Below, piece after piece: positions 26,884 through 35,976 of a stretch of DNA of 64,000 nt. Positions within the stretch are counted from its first letter, which is position 1, and every line of letters begins with the position of its first letter. The DNA lies in the IMG/VR virus record IMGVR_UViG_3300027781_000009; one strand, given 5' to 3'. A model generated the notes under the pieces. The model was not told the DNA's origin, made no database searches, and saw only the letters and a program-made list of their open reading frames with translations. Origin of the DNA: a virus. The translations under genes were made by a program, and so were the position numbers.

Positions 26884-27819
26884 TTACCCGGCTGACGCTG
26901 GGCTCGTTTGCTCGCGGGTTTCCTGTTTGCCGCGTGCTGTCTCCTGACGAAGCGCTCCCTCTAGGGCTGCAATCCGCTGACCGATTTCAGTGAACTCGCG
27001 CATCGCTCGGTTTGCCTTGTCTCGATTGAGCAGCGCCACCCGTGCATACAAGTCAGCCAGCTTGGTAGCTTGTGGATCTACTTTCGATCCATCGGCCCTG
27101 AGCTGTTTGAGTTCGTTCATTCGCTCAGTGCGGAGTGCCCGCAACTCGGTCATTTGTTCTGTGCCGAGATACTTGCTGCCCTTGCAGGTTAGCGCCAGCA
27201 GCTCCTCGACCGTGTTGCACGACTGAATTGCTGCTTTGTTTTGGGCTAGCACATCTTTGGGTGTCGGTTGCGCTGCCCTTGGTTGTTCTGATTTGCCGCC
27301 AGTCGGTTCGGATTGGTCCGCGCTTCGACCTGATGCCCGACCCGTGTTTCTGGTCTTGGATTCTCGACGCTGCGCCCATTCGACTGAATGAGAATCAGGG
27401 TCTGAGTCCTTGTCGCTAGTGGGAATCAGAAACGTCTGAATCAGGAACATCTTCAGGGCGTACTGCATTGCCTTGCCTACGCCCTTGTCTCCGTAGTCAG
27501 CGGCTTCGCCTGGGAACAGAACCGGCTCTGTCTGGCTGCCATCGTCGGCAACCCATCGAAGTCGAACCTTTACAAAGTGATGCAGCTCGACCCCACCCTT
27601 GGTCGTGTTTTTTTCCTGGTAGGAGTGCTCTACCAGTTCGTTGATGGGCATGATCCCTGCGGTTGCGCACGCAGAGTGCAGCTCATTAAACACATCGTCC
27701 ACCGAGCGATACTTGAAGCGCTGATGCTGGTTTTCTTGGTTTTTACCGACTGCCGTAATGTTTCGCATTACCTCAATCAGCGCCGAGTAGACCTTTGCGC
27801 CCTTGGTTGGTTCGCTCAT
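26884..27819 (-). CDS. ERF-family single-strand annealing protein
   Basis: FKYRSVDDV, GEAADYGDKGVGKAMQYALK, FLIPT, DPD. Confidence 0.85.
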   Translation of the reverse strand: MSEPTKGAKVYSALIEVMRNITAVGKNQENQHQRFKYRSVDDVFNELHSACATAGIMPINELVEHSYQEKNTTKGGVELHHFVKVRLRWVADDGSQTEPVLFPGEAADYGDKGVGKAMQYALKMFLIQTFLIPTSDKDSDPDSHSVEWAQRRESKTRNTGRASGRSADQSEPTGGKSEQPRAAQPTPKDVLAQNKAAIQSCNTVEELLALTCKGSKYLGTEQMTELRALRTERMNELKQLRADGSKVDPQATKLADLYARVALLNRDKANRAMREFTEIGQRIAALEGALRQETARGKQETREQTSPASAG

Positions 27820-28244
27820 TTTCCTTGCTCCTGATGCCTTCGTTGTTCCCACTCGGCCAGCGCCGCATCGCGCTTGGCCTTAAACTCTGGCTGCGTCGAC
27901 AGCCATTTTTCTAAATCAGCGGCGTACTGCTGGTTGTGCCAGCGTAGTTCCTCGTCGCTAGAGTTCTCTAGCAGCTCGGTCCGACGAGGCCCCCCCATCG
28001 CTGCGATCTGCTCATCAAAGTTGGGCTTCGGGTTATCCAGAAGCCAGCGATGTTCTTGGATCAAGCGGTCGAGTCGTTTCTTGCTCGACTCGACGACTGC
28101 TGCGCTGGGCGGTTTCTCTAGCGCTCCCTTGCAGTGGGGATGCACCGGAGGGCGACCCTTTTCGGCCCAGATGAGCATCTTCTTTTGGAATGGCTTCCGG
28201 CATCCCGCGCAGATGCCGTCGTACCGCGCTCTAAACAGCGCCAT
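27816..28244 (-). CDS. hypothetical protein
   Basis: ARYDGICAGC...HPHC Zn-finger-like N-terminus. Confidence 0.6.
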   Translation of the reverse strand: MALFRARYDGICAGCRKPFQKKMLIWAEKGRPPVHPHCKGALEKPPSAAVVESSKKRLDRLIQEHRWLLDNPKPNFDEQIAAMGGPRRTELLENSSDEELRWHNQQYAADLEKWLSTQPEFKAKRDAALAEWEQRRHQEQGK

Positions 28245-29376
28245 CGGTAATGCCTCTTACTCGGTAGATTGGGCCGCTTTCGCTCTCGGTGAGCGAGAAC
28301 ACCGCAGCGTGCTCTCCAGATGAAAGCACGCTGCGCCACATCGCCATCTGCGTGGCGACCGTGGATTTGATGGACGGCCCTCTCTCTGGGTAGCGACCGC
28401 ACATGATCCGCGTGGCTTCCTCTTGAGACGCTCCACCTTCCCGAGACAGGATCATCGCTAGGTCCGCAAGGATTCCTTCGCGAGACAGTGCAATCCCATA
28501 CAGACGCATCACCACGCCGCGCCCGTCCTCGTGCTGGCGAGCGATGCGGACTTCCCCGCTGCCCTTGCCAGCCAGCAGCAATCGGAAGGCTGCCAGGTTG
28601 GTGCGAGTGGTCGAAACGCGGCGCTCGCCAAACAGCTCCTCGAAGTGATTGCCGATCTCGACTTCCGTCACTCCAGAGTCGCGCCGCATCAAGGCGACTG
28701 CCGACCCCCAGACATCCGGCTTGCCGCTGGCCGGGTCGCGAGCCGACAGGCCCACCGCTTGCCCGAGCTGCCGCAGTTGCCCGAGCGTTTGGATGCCGTA
28801 TGCCCTGCACAGCTCCCGCAGTGCCACGTCTGCGGGCATGGTCGAGCTATGCGCGGGCTGCGCTGCTGGTGCCTGCTGTGCGGGCTCCTGTGGCTCTTTG
28901 CTGACAACCACTTCGGCGGGCTGTGGAGCGGCTGCTGTTTCAGCTTCCATATACTGCCGCCACTCCCAGCCAGCTTGTTCGGCGGGGCTGAATCCGCTGT
29001 TGGGCATGCTCAGCTCGACAATGAACGGTGAGATGAACTTGACCTTTGCCGCTCGGAGCGCGGCTACAAGCGCGACGCGCTGTCCCGCGTCTTTACGCAG
29101 GCTCAGTGCATCCACCATGCCGCCGTCCCAATCGGCGACATCGACTGGTGGATTTCCGTCCCACTGGCCGGGCCGTTCCTGATTCACCAGGAACAGCGCG
29201 ACCGGCCCGAACCAATACGCGCCGTACTTGCCTCGCTCGCCCGTAATTGTCTGCTTTCCGACGCGAAGTGAGAAAGCAGCGGGCGGCGTCTTACGGGTGG
29301 TTCCAAGTTTCAACCTGCCCTGCGTTTGAGTCGCTGGGCTTGGTTCTTCGGCTTCTCGCTCGACCGTGAGTTCCAT
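28231..29376 (-). CDS. hypothetical protein
   Basis: Long SD-led ORF. Confidence 0.65.
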   Translation of the reverse strand: MELTVEREAEEPSPATQTQGRLKLGTTRKTPPAAFSLRVGKQTITGERGKYGAYWFGPVALFLVNQERPGQWDGNPPVDVADWDGGMVDALSLRKDAGQRVALVAALRAAKVKFISPFIVELSMPNSGFSPAEQAGWEWRQYMEAETAAAPQPAEVVVSKEPQEPAQQAPAAQPAHSSTMPADVALRELCRAYGIQTLGQLRQLGQAVGLSARDPASGKPDVWGSAVALMRRDSGVTEVEIGNHFEELFGERRVSTTRTNLAAFRLLLAGKGSGEVRIARQHEDGRGVVMRLYGIALSREGILADLAMILSREGGASQEEATRIMCGRYPERGPSIKSTVATQMAMWRSVLSSGEHAAVFSLTESESGPIYRVRGITDGAV

Positions 29377-29386
29377 AATCCGTCTC

Positions 29387-29939
29387 CTATCGCAGCTTTC
29401 GGAGAGCTGCGGCGATCGTGTCTTCTAGCGACGACTCAATCGTAATTCCCTGTCGGTGCGCGTGGAATCGGTCCTGCCCCGACCGGAACGCATCGTCTGG
29501 CATTCCCAGCACCAATCTGCTTTTGCGACGACTCTCCCCGTGTGCTAAGTCCCGTCCACTGACGAGAATCATCGAAACCTGTGTACGGCATCCAGACAAC
29601 CAGCACGGTGGCGTTGTCGATGCCATCTGTTTCCCACTGCATGATCCGCTCCGATGCGCGGGTCATCTTGGGAACGGTGCTGGGCTTGCCGTCGTCCCAG
29701 CGCTTCTTGTCGAATACTCCCGAGCGGAACTCGGGAATGACGATCGACCCTTTGAATCCGCCATTGCGCAGTAGCCGCACTGCGTCGGGTCGCCACTTGA
29801 CGTGGCTCGATGGCCCCGCCAGAAACACTGAAAGCTTGCCGGGTTCTAGCGGGGGGTCGTCGTAGTAAATCTCCTCGGTGACGACATGGGCGCAGCCGCT
29901 CAAACCGAGCAGCCCGCACAGTAGGACTAGCGCTTTCAT
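29387..29939 (-). pseudogene. lipoprotein-signal nucleoside 2-deoxyribosyltransferase-like protein, frameshifted near 29530
   Basis: GLSGC lipobox; SVFLAGP, WR, IPE, QWE, VWMP, STRGE; C-terminus RLVLGMPDDA...SLEDTI is in another frame. Confidence 0.6.
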
Positions 29940-30376
29940 GCTGCCCTCCGAAACGGGAGGACTTTGCCGCCGGTCGATGCTTTGGGCGACCAGGCTTCGA
30001 CCAGCATCGAGCGCTCGATGCCGCAGGTCATTGCGAACCCAGCGGACACCGCCGCTTGCGAGCGGTCGGACTTCACACAAGCAGCGAGCAAAGTTGCCAG
30101 CGTGCCCATCAGGTGCGCCAGCTCTGGAGCGCCAGCCAGCGTCAGGTCGTTGATGGCGCTCATTGCCAGCGCGCCGTACGACTCATCGCCGATCACCAGG
30201 AACCACATGCCGTTTAGCGCAAGGCGCTCGGCGTACTTGACCGCCTGCCACCAAAACAGTCGGCCCTTACCAGCGATCCGGACAGCCGCGCTGGCAAGCT
30301 TGGCAATCACCACGGCAAACTTGCCGTGAAGCTGCATCGCGTAACTCTTGTACCAGTGATTAAGGTTCGTCGTCAT
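29936..30376 (-). CDS. hypothetical protein
   Basis: Behind a promoter/leader cassette duplicated at 7.0 kb. Confidence 0.65.
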   Translation of the reverse strand: MTTNLNHWYKSYAMQLHGKFAVVIAKLASAAVRIAGKGRLFWWQAVKYAERLALNGMWFLVIGDESYGALAMSAINDLTLAGAPELAHLMGTLATLLAACVKSDRSQAAVSAGFAMTCGIERSMLVEAWSPKASTGGKVLPFRRAA

Positions 30377-30397
30377 GTGTCGCTCCGTGTGAAGAAA

Positions 30398-30426
30398 TAA
30401 ATAATGCGCGCAGAGTTTACGCGCAA
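30398..30426 (-). promoter_or_regulatory. Promoter family member TTGCGC-N17-TATTTA
   Basis: Part of an about 90-bp cassette similar to 7001-7091. Confidence 0.7.
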
Positions 30427-30492
30427 TATCTTTTTTAACAAAGCGACATTTTCGAGGCTGCCATTATTTCAGGCAGCGCGTGCAGAGTAGAC

Positions 30493-31584
30493 TTAGAATC
30501 TTGGCGGGGCGTTCCGATCGCGCTCTAGGAGTCGCTGAAACGAGACGATGTTGGTGAGGTACTTGATCGAGTGACGCGAGCCAAGCCGGTCGAGCTGGTC
30601 GAGCTTCACCGAATCGCCAGACCAGCGAAACCGCTCGTCGACTTCCCAGATGCTCTGCGGGATCTGCTCGTCTTCGAGGTCGGTGCAGAGCGCCACGGCC
30701 CAGCGCGCAAGCTTGACTGCCGCCCATCCCTGCTGGAGCAAGGTGGCCACTCGCGGAGCGCCCTTCACATCGAGCACGCCGCGAGCCATTGCACCCGCGA
30801 TGCCATCGAGCGATCCGTACCTGGCAAGCAAGGCCGCTGCGGTCTTCTCACCGATTCCGGTTGCGCCGGTCACGTTGTCGGACGCATCGCCCACCAGCGC
30901 GAGCAGATCGGCCACTTGATGCGAGTCGACACCGAGCCGCTGCTGTGCGGCTTGCTGACCGCGCCACTCGTGCCACTCGCCCTTGCGACGCCACAGCAGT
31001 CCGATGTCATCGTGGATGCACAGCGCCAGCAGATCCTTGTCCTGGCTGAGAATCGTCACGGGCGTAGATTCCTCGACCCGTTTGGCACAGGTCGCTAGCA
31101 CATCGTCAGCTTCCCCGCTGGGCGTGTAGATCACAGTCCAGCCGAATCCGCGGGCTGCTGCCATGGCCAAATCGATCGCGGCAAGATGGTCGAGCTGTTT
31201 TTCGACTCGATTGGCCTTGTAGCCAGGATACCGAGACTTCCTTGGCTGCGAGCCTTCCGGGTGGTCAAACGCTACGCCGATGTGGGTAGGCGATTGCCGC
31301 TCGATGGCCAGATTCACCACCGCGCAGAAACTTCCCACCGTGTCGGCCAGATGGCCGTTTGATGCGTGCCAGCACGAGTCGAGCACCGCCCGGCCATCGA
31401 CCAGCAGCAAGTGACCGATCTTCGGAAACGGTCGCACTTCCGGCTTCTGCGGTAACAGTGACTCTGCAATCGCAGCCGCCAGAGCAGCTCCTTCCGCACG
31501 CGGCACAAGGGTTCGGTCTAGTTCAGGGGTTGGGCTGCCAAACAGCGTCTGCTGTCGGCAGAGCTTCGAGACTATATCCGCCAT
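30493..31584 (-). CDS. 5'-3' exonuclease (Pol I N-terminal/FEN-like)
   Basis: LLVDG, VAFD, YKANR, EADD, DKDL, GDASDNVTGATGIGEKTA. Confidence 0.92.
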   Translation of the reverse strand: MADIVSKLCRQQTLFGSPTPELDRTLVPRAEGAALAAAIAESLLPQKPEVRPFPKIGHLLLVDGRAVLDSCWHASNGHLADTVGSFCAVVNLAIERQSPTHIGVAFDHPEGSQPRKSRYPGYKANRVEKQLDHLAAIDLAMAAARGFGWTVIYTPSGEADDVLATCAKRVEESTPVTILSQDKDLLALCIHDDIGLLWRRKGEWHEWRGQQAAQQRLGVDSHQVADLLALVGDASDNVTGATGIGEKTAAALLARYGSLDGIAGAMARGVLDVKGAPRVATLLQQGWAAVKLARWAVALCTDLEDEQIPQSIWEVDERFRWSGDSVKLDQLDRLGSRHSIKYLTNIVSFQRLLERDRNAPPRF

Positions 31585-32096
31585 GACATTGCTTCTTTCA
31601 GGGAGTCAACGCCTGTCACCCTCCACCGGATGACATCCTCCTGATGTAACCCAAGTCCATTGCCGTTTTTCCGCCAAGGGGCGTACTTCCACGGCACTGC
31701 ATACTCTTCGCCCCATCCGTCCTCGGTGACAAACTTGACCATCAGCAGCCCGCCCTGACCGGCTTCCACGGTTTCGTTAAGCGCTGTAATCTGGTGTGGG
31801 GCGATATTGGAGCTACCAAGCGAGGTTCCTTCGACCGCCTTGGCTTCGATGGCCCAATACGGCGGAAACGGCTGGCTTGGGCTTGCTAGTGCGATCCAAT
31901 CGACTCCAGAGCTTTTGCCCATCACGAACATCGGGCGCACACCGGGAACGCGAGCGGGAACCATCTCAGGGTGCTGCCTGTCCCATCGTTTCAAAATTCC
32001 CTGGCTGACTGCTCGATCGAGCAGTTTCTCGACCCACTTTTCGAACTCGCGTCCTCTTTGCGTCGCGAGCCTTTTCCCATTTCTTTCGGCGTTCAT
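31572..32096 (-). CDS. PD-(D/E)xK nuclease, RecU-like Holliday junction resolvase
   Basis: RGREFE, GVDWI, IEAK, HQITAL. Confidence 0.7.
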   Translation of the reverse strand: MNAERNGKRLATQRGREFEKWVEKLLDRAVSQGILKRWDRQHPEMVPARVPGVRPMFVMGKSSGVDWIALASPSQPFPPYWAIEAKAVEGTSLGSSNIAPHQITALNETVEAGQGGLLMVKFVTEDGWGEEYAVPWKYAPWRKNGNGLGLHQEDVIRWRVTGVDSLKEAMSWRI

Positions 32097-32772
32097 GCTG
32101 CTTGTCCTTTTTGTAAATCAGTCCGAGGTGCCCAAACACCTCGATGAATTGCTTCTTTCGCTTGCCGTGATAGACAAGCGCTGACGGAAAGGTGGCTGAC
32201 TCGCCTTCGGCCAATTGGTCGGTGATCATGTGGATGCGCGGCGGTTTGAGCGGCATTTTCCCTTGCCGCTTCGCTTCCGCAGCTCGCGCTTCAAACCGGG
32301 CGCGGAGCGTTTCCACGGGCTCCAGAAACCGCAGCCGGTGCGTGATGGCGATCCACAGCTCGGGGTCTAGGTGGTTCTGCCACCAGTCGGTGTCGCACCG
32401 AGCCGGAACCAGCGTGATGATCTCCCGGCCTGACTTGCGCGCTTCGGTGCCGATCTTGAGCGCACAGGCTTCCAGGTCGTCACCATACGGCGGGTTCGCA
32501 AAGATCAATCCGCCCTGGTCCCACGGCAAAAGCAGGCTGTTCTGCGGCGGCATCACTCGCTGCGCGGCTCGAATCAGCGAGTATTGATTCGAGAACGGAT
32601 CGAGCGCCACGGGGCCAAATTGGTCCAGCAACTGCGCGATCTCAAGCGGCGTACACCAGTGCGGGCTGCCGCTGCGCAGCGTTACGGGCTGCTCGACGGC
32701 AACCACTGGCTTATCCACGGGGCTGCTGTATTCAAGGCCGAAGAACGAAGCCTGACCGAAATCGTTGTTCAT
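31966..32772 (-). CDS. phage DNA N6-adenine methyltransferase
   Basis: WCTP, LDPFS, FANPPYG, LVPARCDTDWW, RLRF, ATFPSAL. Confidence 0.88.
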   Translation of the reverse strand: MNNDFGQASFFGLEYSSPVDKPVVAVEQPVTLRSGSPHWCTPLEIAQLLDQFGPVALDPFSNQYSLIRAAQRVMPPQNSLLLPWDQGGLIFANPPYGDDLEACALKIGTEARKSGREIITLVPARCDTDWWQNHLDPELWIAITHRLRFLEPVETLRARFEARAAEAKRQGKMPLKPPRIHMITDQLAEGESATFPSALVYHGKRKKQFIEVFGHLGLIYKKDKQHERRKKWEKARDAKRTRVRKVGRETARSSSQPGNFETMGQAAP

Positions 32773-32829
32773 GCCCCGATGATGAATGATTTTTATTTAT
32801 TTCGTCAATTGCTCGATTATGCTTTTTGC

Positions 32830-33132
32830 ATGCCTAAGACAGCGAGCGATCGACCGCGTTCACCTTTCTTTCGATACAGGACCGAGGCTAGACAGACGGG
32901 GGCCATGATGGCCGCTCGGGTTGGAGTCTCGGTCGCCCTTTGGGGCAAGTGGGAAAACGGGGAACACCTCCCCCAGGGGCCGAACCTTTTCATGCTGATG
33001 GAGAAGATTGGCCGCAAGCTCTGCGCGGCTCAGCTTCTCTGGTACTTCCAACTCACCAGGGAGGAGTGCGAGCCGTACTTCCGGTACACCGAGCTGGCCG
33101 CATCACAAAACGCTGCGCCCGAGGGGAAGTGA
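32830..33132 (+). CDS. Cro/XRE-like HTH regulator
   Basis: MAARVGVSVALWGKWENGEHLP. Confidence 0.75.
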   Translation: MPKTASDRPRSPFFRYRTEARQTGAMMAARVGVSVALWGKWENGEHLPQGPNLFMLMEKIGRKLCAAQLLWYFQLTREECEPYFRYTELAASQNAAPEGK

Positions 33133-34313
33133 TGGCGCGATACCGCCGGTATGCACCGGCCATTCGCAGCACCCCTGAGTATCGAAACCTGAGCGGGCCG
33201 GGCCCGAACGCCCAGACGCTTTACGACTTCTTGGTGATCGGTCCGCTCACGCAGATCATCCCCGGCCTGCTGGTAGCGGGTCCGGCTTCGTTGTTTGAGG
33301 CGCTCGGCTGGGATGACGCCGAGCCCGAAACGCTGGGTAGAGTTTGGCGCGAGCTGCTGGACAGCGGTTTGGTTCGATTCGACCGGCAGACGCGGCTGAT
33401 TTGGTTGCCGGACTTGTCGAAGGACGAGTACCTGCCCGACCAGCCGAATGTGCTCAAGAGCTGGTCTTCGCCCTGGGCGGAGCTACCGGACTGCGACCTA
33501 AAGCACGAAGCGTGGACCGCGATCCGCGAAACGCTGACCGCTCGCCAGCCGCGTAACCGTGGCAAGCGGGACACCGAGGAACGGTCTGCGGCGACGGCAT
33601 TTGCCGATGAGTTCTTGCGATCTTGCCCAGAGCCCCGTTGTGCGCGGAAGGCTCACTGTGAGCCTAACAAGCACCCCGAAAAGCAGGGTAACAGCCAAGG
33701 TGAAAGCAACGGTGACATGACAGGGTCACAGGCAGCTTCGCATGCAACGTCACCGGCACCTTTGCCTGCACTGTCCGATGCACCGTCACGCTCAGGGTCT
33801 TTACAGGATCAGGATCAGGAACAGAAAAAGAAAGAAAAACATCCCACACGCGATCCATCGGTCCTGACTGTGGAGCAGGTGTACCGGCAGCTAGCCCTAC
33901 TGTGGACCCCAGCACAGCATGTGCTGCATGTGCAGTGGGTGGCTTGCTCGCCTTCGCCGCATCCTGATTTGCCAGGGAGAATGGAGCCAGCGACCGAGCG
34001 GTACTGGTACGACCTCATGCGCTCGATACAACCGAGCGACGAGGATCTAACCAAGGCTGCGGCCTACGTCGCCGCTCGACAGCACTGGCAGGATATGAGA
34101 ACGAAAACCGGGGTGACGCTTGCCTTCCTGGTCAAGCCAAACTCGGGGAACTTGTTTGACCTGCTGGCCAAGTCCAAGATTTGGCAGCCAGGCAGCCCAC
34201 AGGGGCCCCAAGCTCACCGGGGGCATATCGCACCCTCTGCGGGGGCAAATCAGGACTTGAGCATGGAAGAACTGGCTAGCCTCATGCCATCTGGGGGCAA
34301 CCATGGCGGGTGA
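33132..34313 (+). CDS. phage replication initiator protein
   Basis: MARYRR...LS...LYDFL...IPG N-terminus, low-complexity linker with QDQDQEQ; precedes loader and helicase. Confidence 0.65.
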   Translation: MARYRRYAPAIRSTPEYRNLSGPGPNAQTLYDFLVIGPLTQIIPGLLVAGPASLFEALGWDDAEPETLGRVWRELLDSGLVRFDRQTRLIWLPDLSKDEYLPDQPNVLKSWSSPWAELPDCDLKHEAWTAIRETLTARQPRNRGKRDTEERSAATAFADEFLRSCPEPRCARKAHCEPNKHPEKQGNSQGESNGDMTGSQAASHATSPAPLPALSDAPSRSGSLQDQDQEQKKKEKHPTRDPSVLTVEQVYRQLALLWTPAQHVLHVQWVACSPSPHPDLPGRMEPATERYWYDLMRSIQPSDEDLTKAAAYVAARQHWQDMRTKTGVTLAFLVKPNSGNLFDLLAKSKIWQPGSPQGPQAHRGHIAPSAGANQDLSMEELASLMPSGGNHGG

Positions 34314-35034
34314 TAGCTTGCTAGCTGGGTTTGAAGCTTTGGCCGCGCTTGCGGCTGCTCAAGAGGCGTCAGCGCCGTGCGGGCTGAGTCGTGAGGGCCT
34401 AGCCCGCTGCACAAAGCAGGTTGAGAGCGAGTGCCCCCTGCGAAAGCTCGACGTTTGCCCGCGCCAACGTGATGCCGCGAAGACTGCGCAGATCGCAGCG
34501 GGTCGAGATCGCTTCCTTGCTCGCGGCGTGCCCGATCGGGTGCTGACGGTGGCCTACGACCGCAAGCCGGTCGAGACACCGGCAATCATTGCGGTGCGCC
34601 AGTGGCTGGACACACGGCACACGTTCCTGGTGCTCTCGGGCCCGAACCAATGCGGCAAGACCACAGCGGCGGGATGGGCGATGCTGAGCAGCAAACAGCC
34701 GCGCATGCGGTTTCTCACTGTGTCTGCGGAAAGCAACCCAAGCACGCTCGATGCGCTGCTTGCGGAGCTGCCACGGCTTGATTTGGTGGTGCTCGACGAT
34801 TTGGGGTCGACGTACTTTGGCGCGAGCGGCTTTGCTGTATCCGCGATCGAGCGCATGGTCGACGCGGTGTACCAAGGTCGCGGTCGCTGCATTCTTTGCA
34901 CCGATGTCGCGATGCGCACGGGCGCAGAGTCGCCGTTTTTCAATCTGGTCGGCCAGCGCGTGGCGAGCCGACTCCTTCAGGCCGGTAAGTTGGCGGCTTC
35001 GCTCGGCGGGCCGTTCCAAGGAGGGGCACCATGA
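34303..35034 (+). CDS. DnaC/IstB-like AAA+ helicase loader
   Basis: GPNQCGKT Walker A, LVVLDDLG Walker B, RVASRL. Confidence 0.8.
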   Translation: MAGDSLLAGFEALAALAAAQEASAPCGLSREGLARCTKQVESECPLRKLDVCPRQRDAAKTAQIAAGRDRFLARGVPDRVLTVAYDRKPVETPAIIAVRQWLDTRHTFLVLSGPNQCGKTTAAGWAMLSSKQPRMRFLTVSAESNPSTLDALLAELPRLDLVVLDDLGSTYFGASGFAVSAIERMVDAVYQGRGRCILCTDVAMRTGAESPFFNLVGQRVASRLLQAGKLAASLGGPFQGGAP

Positions 35035-35495
35035 AGCGCAGTTCGACCATTGCCGATCGCCGGTTTTCGGCGTGGGCCATCCGACGGGGCCTAGAGAAAG
35101 TGCAGGGCATGCCGGACCTGGCTGTCCCACCACAGGCCGAAGCCGCGATTGCTGCGATTGACACAGCGACATGCGGAGAGAATGTGCTGCCGTCGTTCTC
35201 GCGGAGCATGCGGGAGTTGCAGGTGCTGAAGTGGGTCAACGTCTTCGACCGAGAGTTGGCGGTGCTGGTCGCGTCGTCGCTCGGCTTTGCTTGCGGCTCG
35301 GCAGACACCGACCAGGGGATCATCGACCCGCTCATTCGGATGGCGCGAATGCAGGCGCGGATCACGTCGATTCGATCCGGACAGAGAGACACGCATCTAG
35401 CGCTTGTCGCTGCGGAGCGAGCCGAGCGAGAGGAGATCCACGACGCACGCTTTCGGCTGCGCGGACTCGACAAGGAGCCAGCCGATGGAGGCTGA
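35031..35495 (+). CDS. hypothetical protein
   Basis: ATGA coupling. Confidence 0.6.
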   Translation: MKRSSTIADRRFSAWAIRRGLEKVQGMPDLAVPPQAEAAIAAIDTATCGENVLPSFSRSMRELQVLKWVNVFDRELAVLVASSLGFACGSADTDQGIIDPLIRMARMQARITSIRSGQRDTHLALVAAERAEREEIHDARFRLRGLDKEPADGG

Positions 35496-35976
35496 CGAAG
35501 TGCCACTGTCGAAGACCGAGCGGATGCGCCTGCTACAGCTACGCCGTTCGATCGTGGTTGGCATCGTCGGCTACGGCAACACGATGGCCACCAGCGCCAA
35601 GCGGGCTGCGGATCTGTACGTCAGCCAAGCGTTTCAGTCGGCCAGACGCTGGGCTGATGCGTGCGCGGACGATTGGGTGATCGTCTGCCCAAAGCACGGA
35701 CTCATCACTCCGGACAGCTTCCTTGCCCCCTATCGAGCCAAGCTAGGCGCGATGTCGGTGCGCGAGAAGGTGGAATGGGGGCGCAGCACCATCTTGGCGA
35801 TACAGCACCGCTACAACGGGTTCTCGGTGCGCTTTGTGGCCGTGTGCTGCGAGCCGCTGCTTGAACTACTTCAGCAGTCCGGCGCTCGGATAGAGAGCCC
35901 GCTGCGCAACAAGAGCATGGGCGAACGATATGCGTGGTTTCTGGAGCGAGCCACGCAGGGAGAACTGCATGACTGA
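35485..35976 (+). CDS. DUF6884-like protein
   Basis: AADLYVSQAF...W.I...KHGLI.P...APY...L..MS..E...W. Confidence 0.6.
   Translation: MEADEVPLSKTERMRLLQLRRSIVVGIVGYGNTMATSAKRAADLYVSQAFQSARRWADACADDWVIVCPKHGLITPDSFLAPYRAKLGAMSVREKVEWGRSTILAIQHRYNGFSVRFVAVCCEPLLELLQQSGARIESPLRNKSMGERYAWFLERATQGELHD

Noticed and set aside
33700..33830. Replication origin iterons inside the initiator gene (GTCAC, CAGGAT repeats)
   Set aside because: Repeats are short and explained by low-complexity coding; cannot be supported
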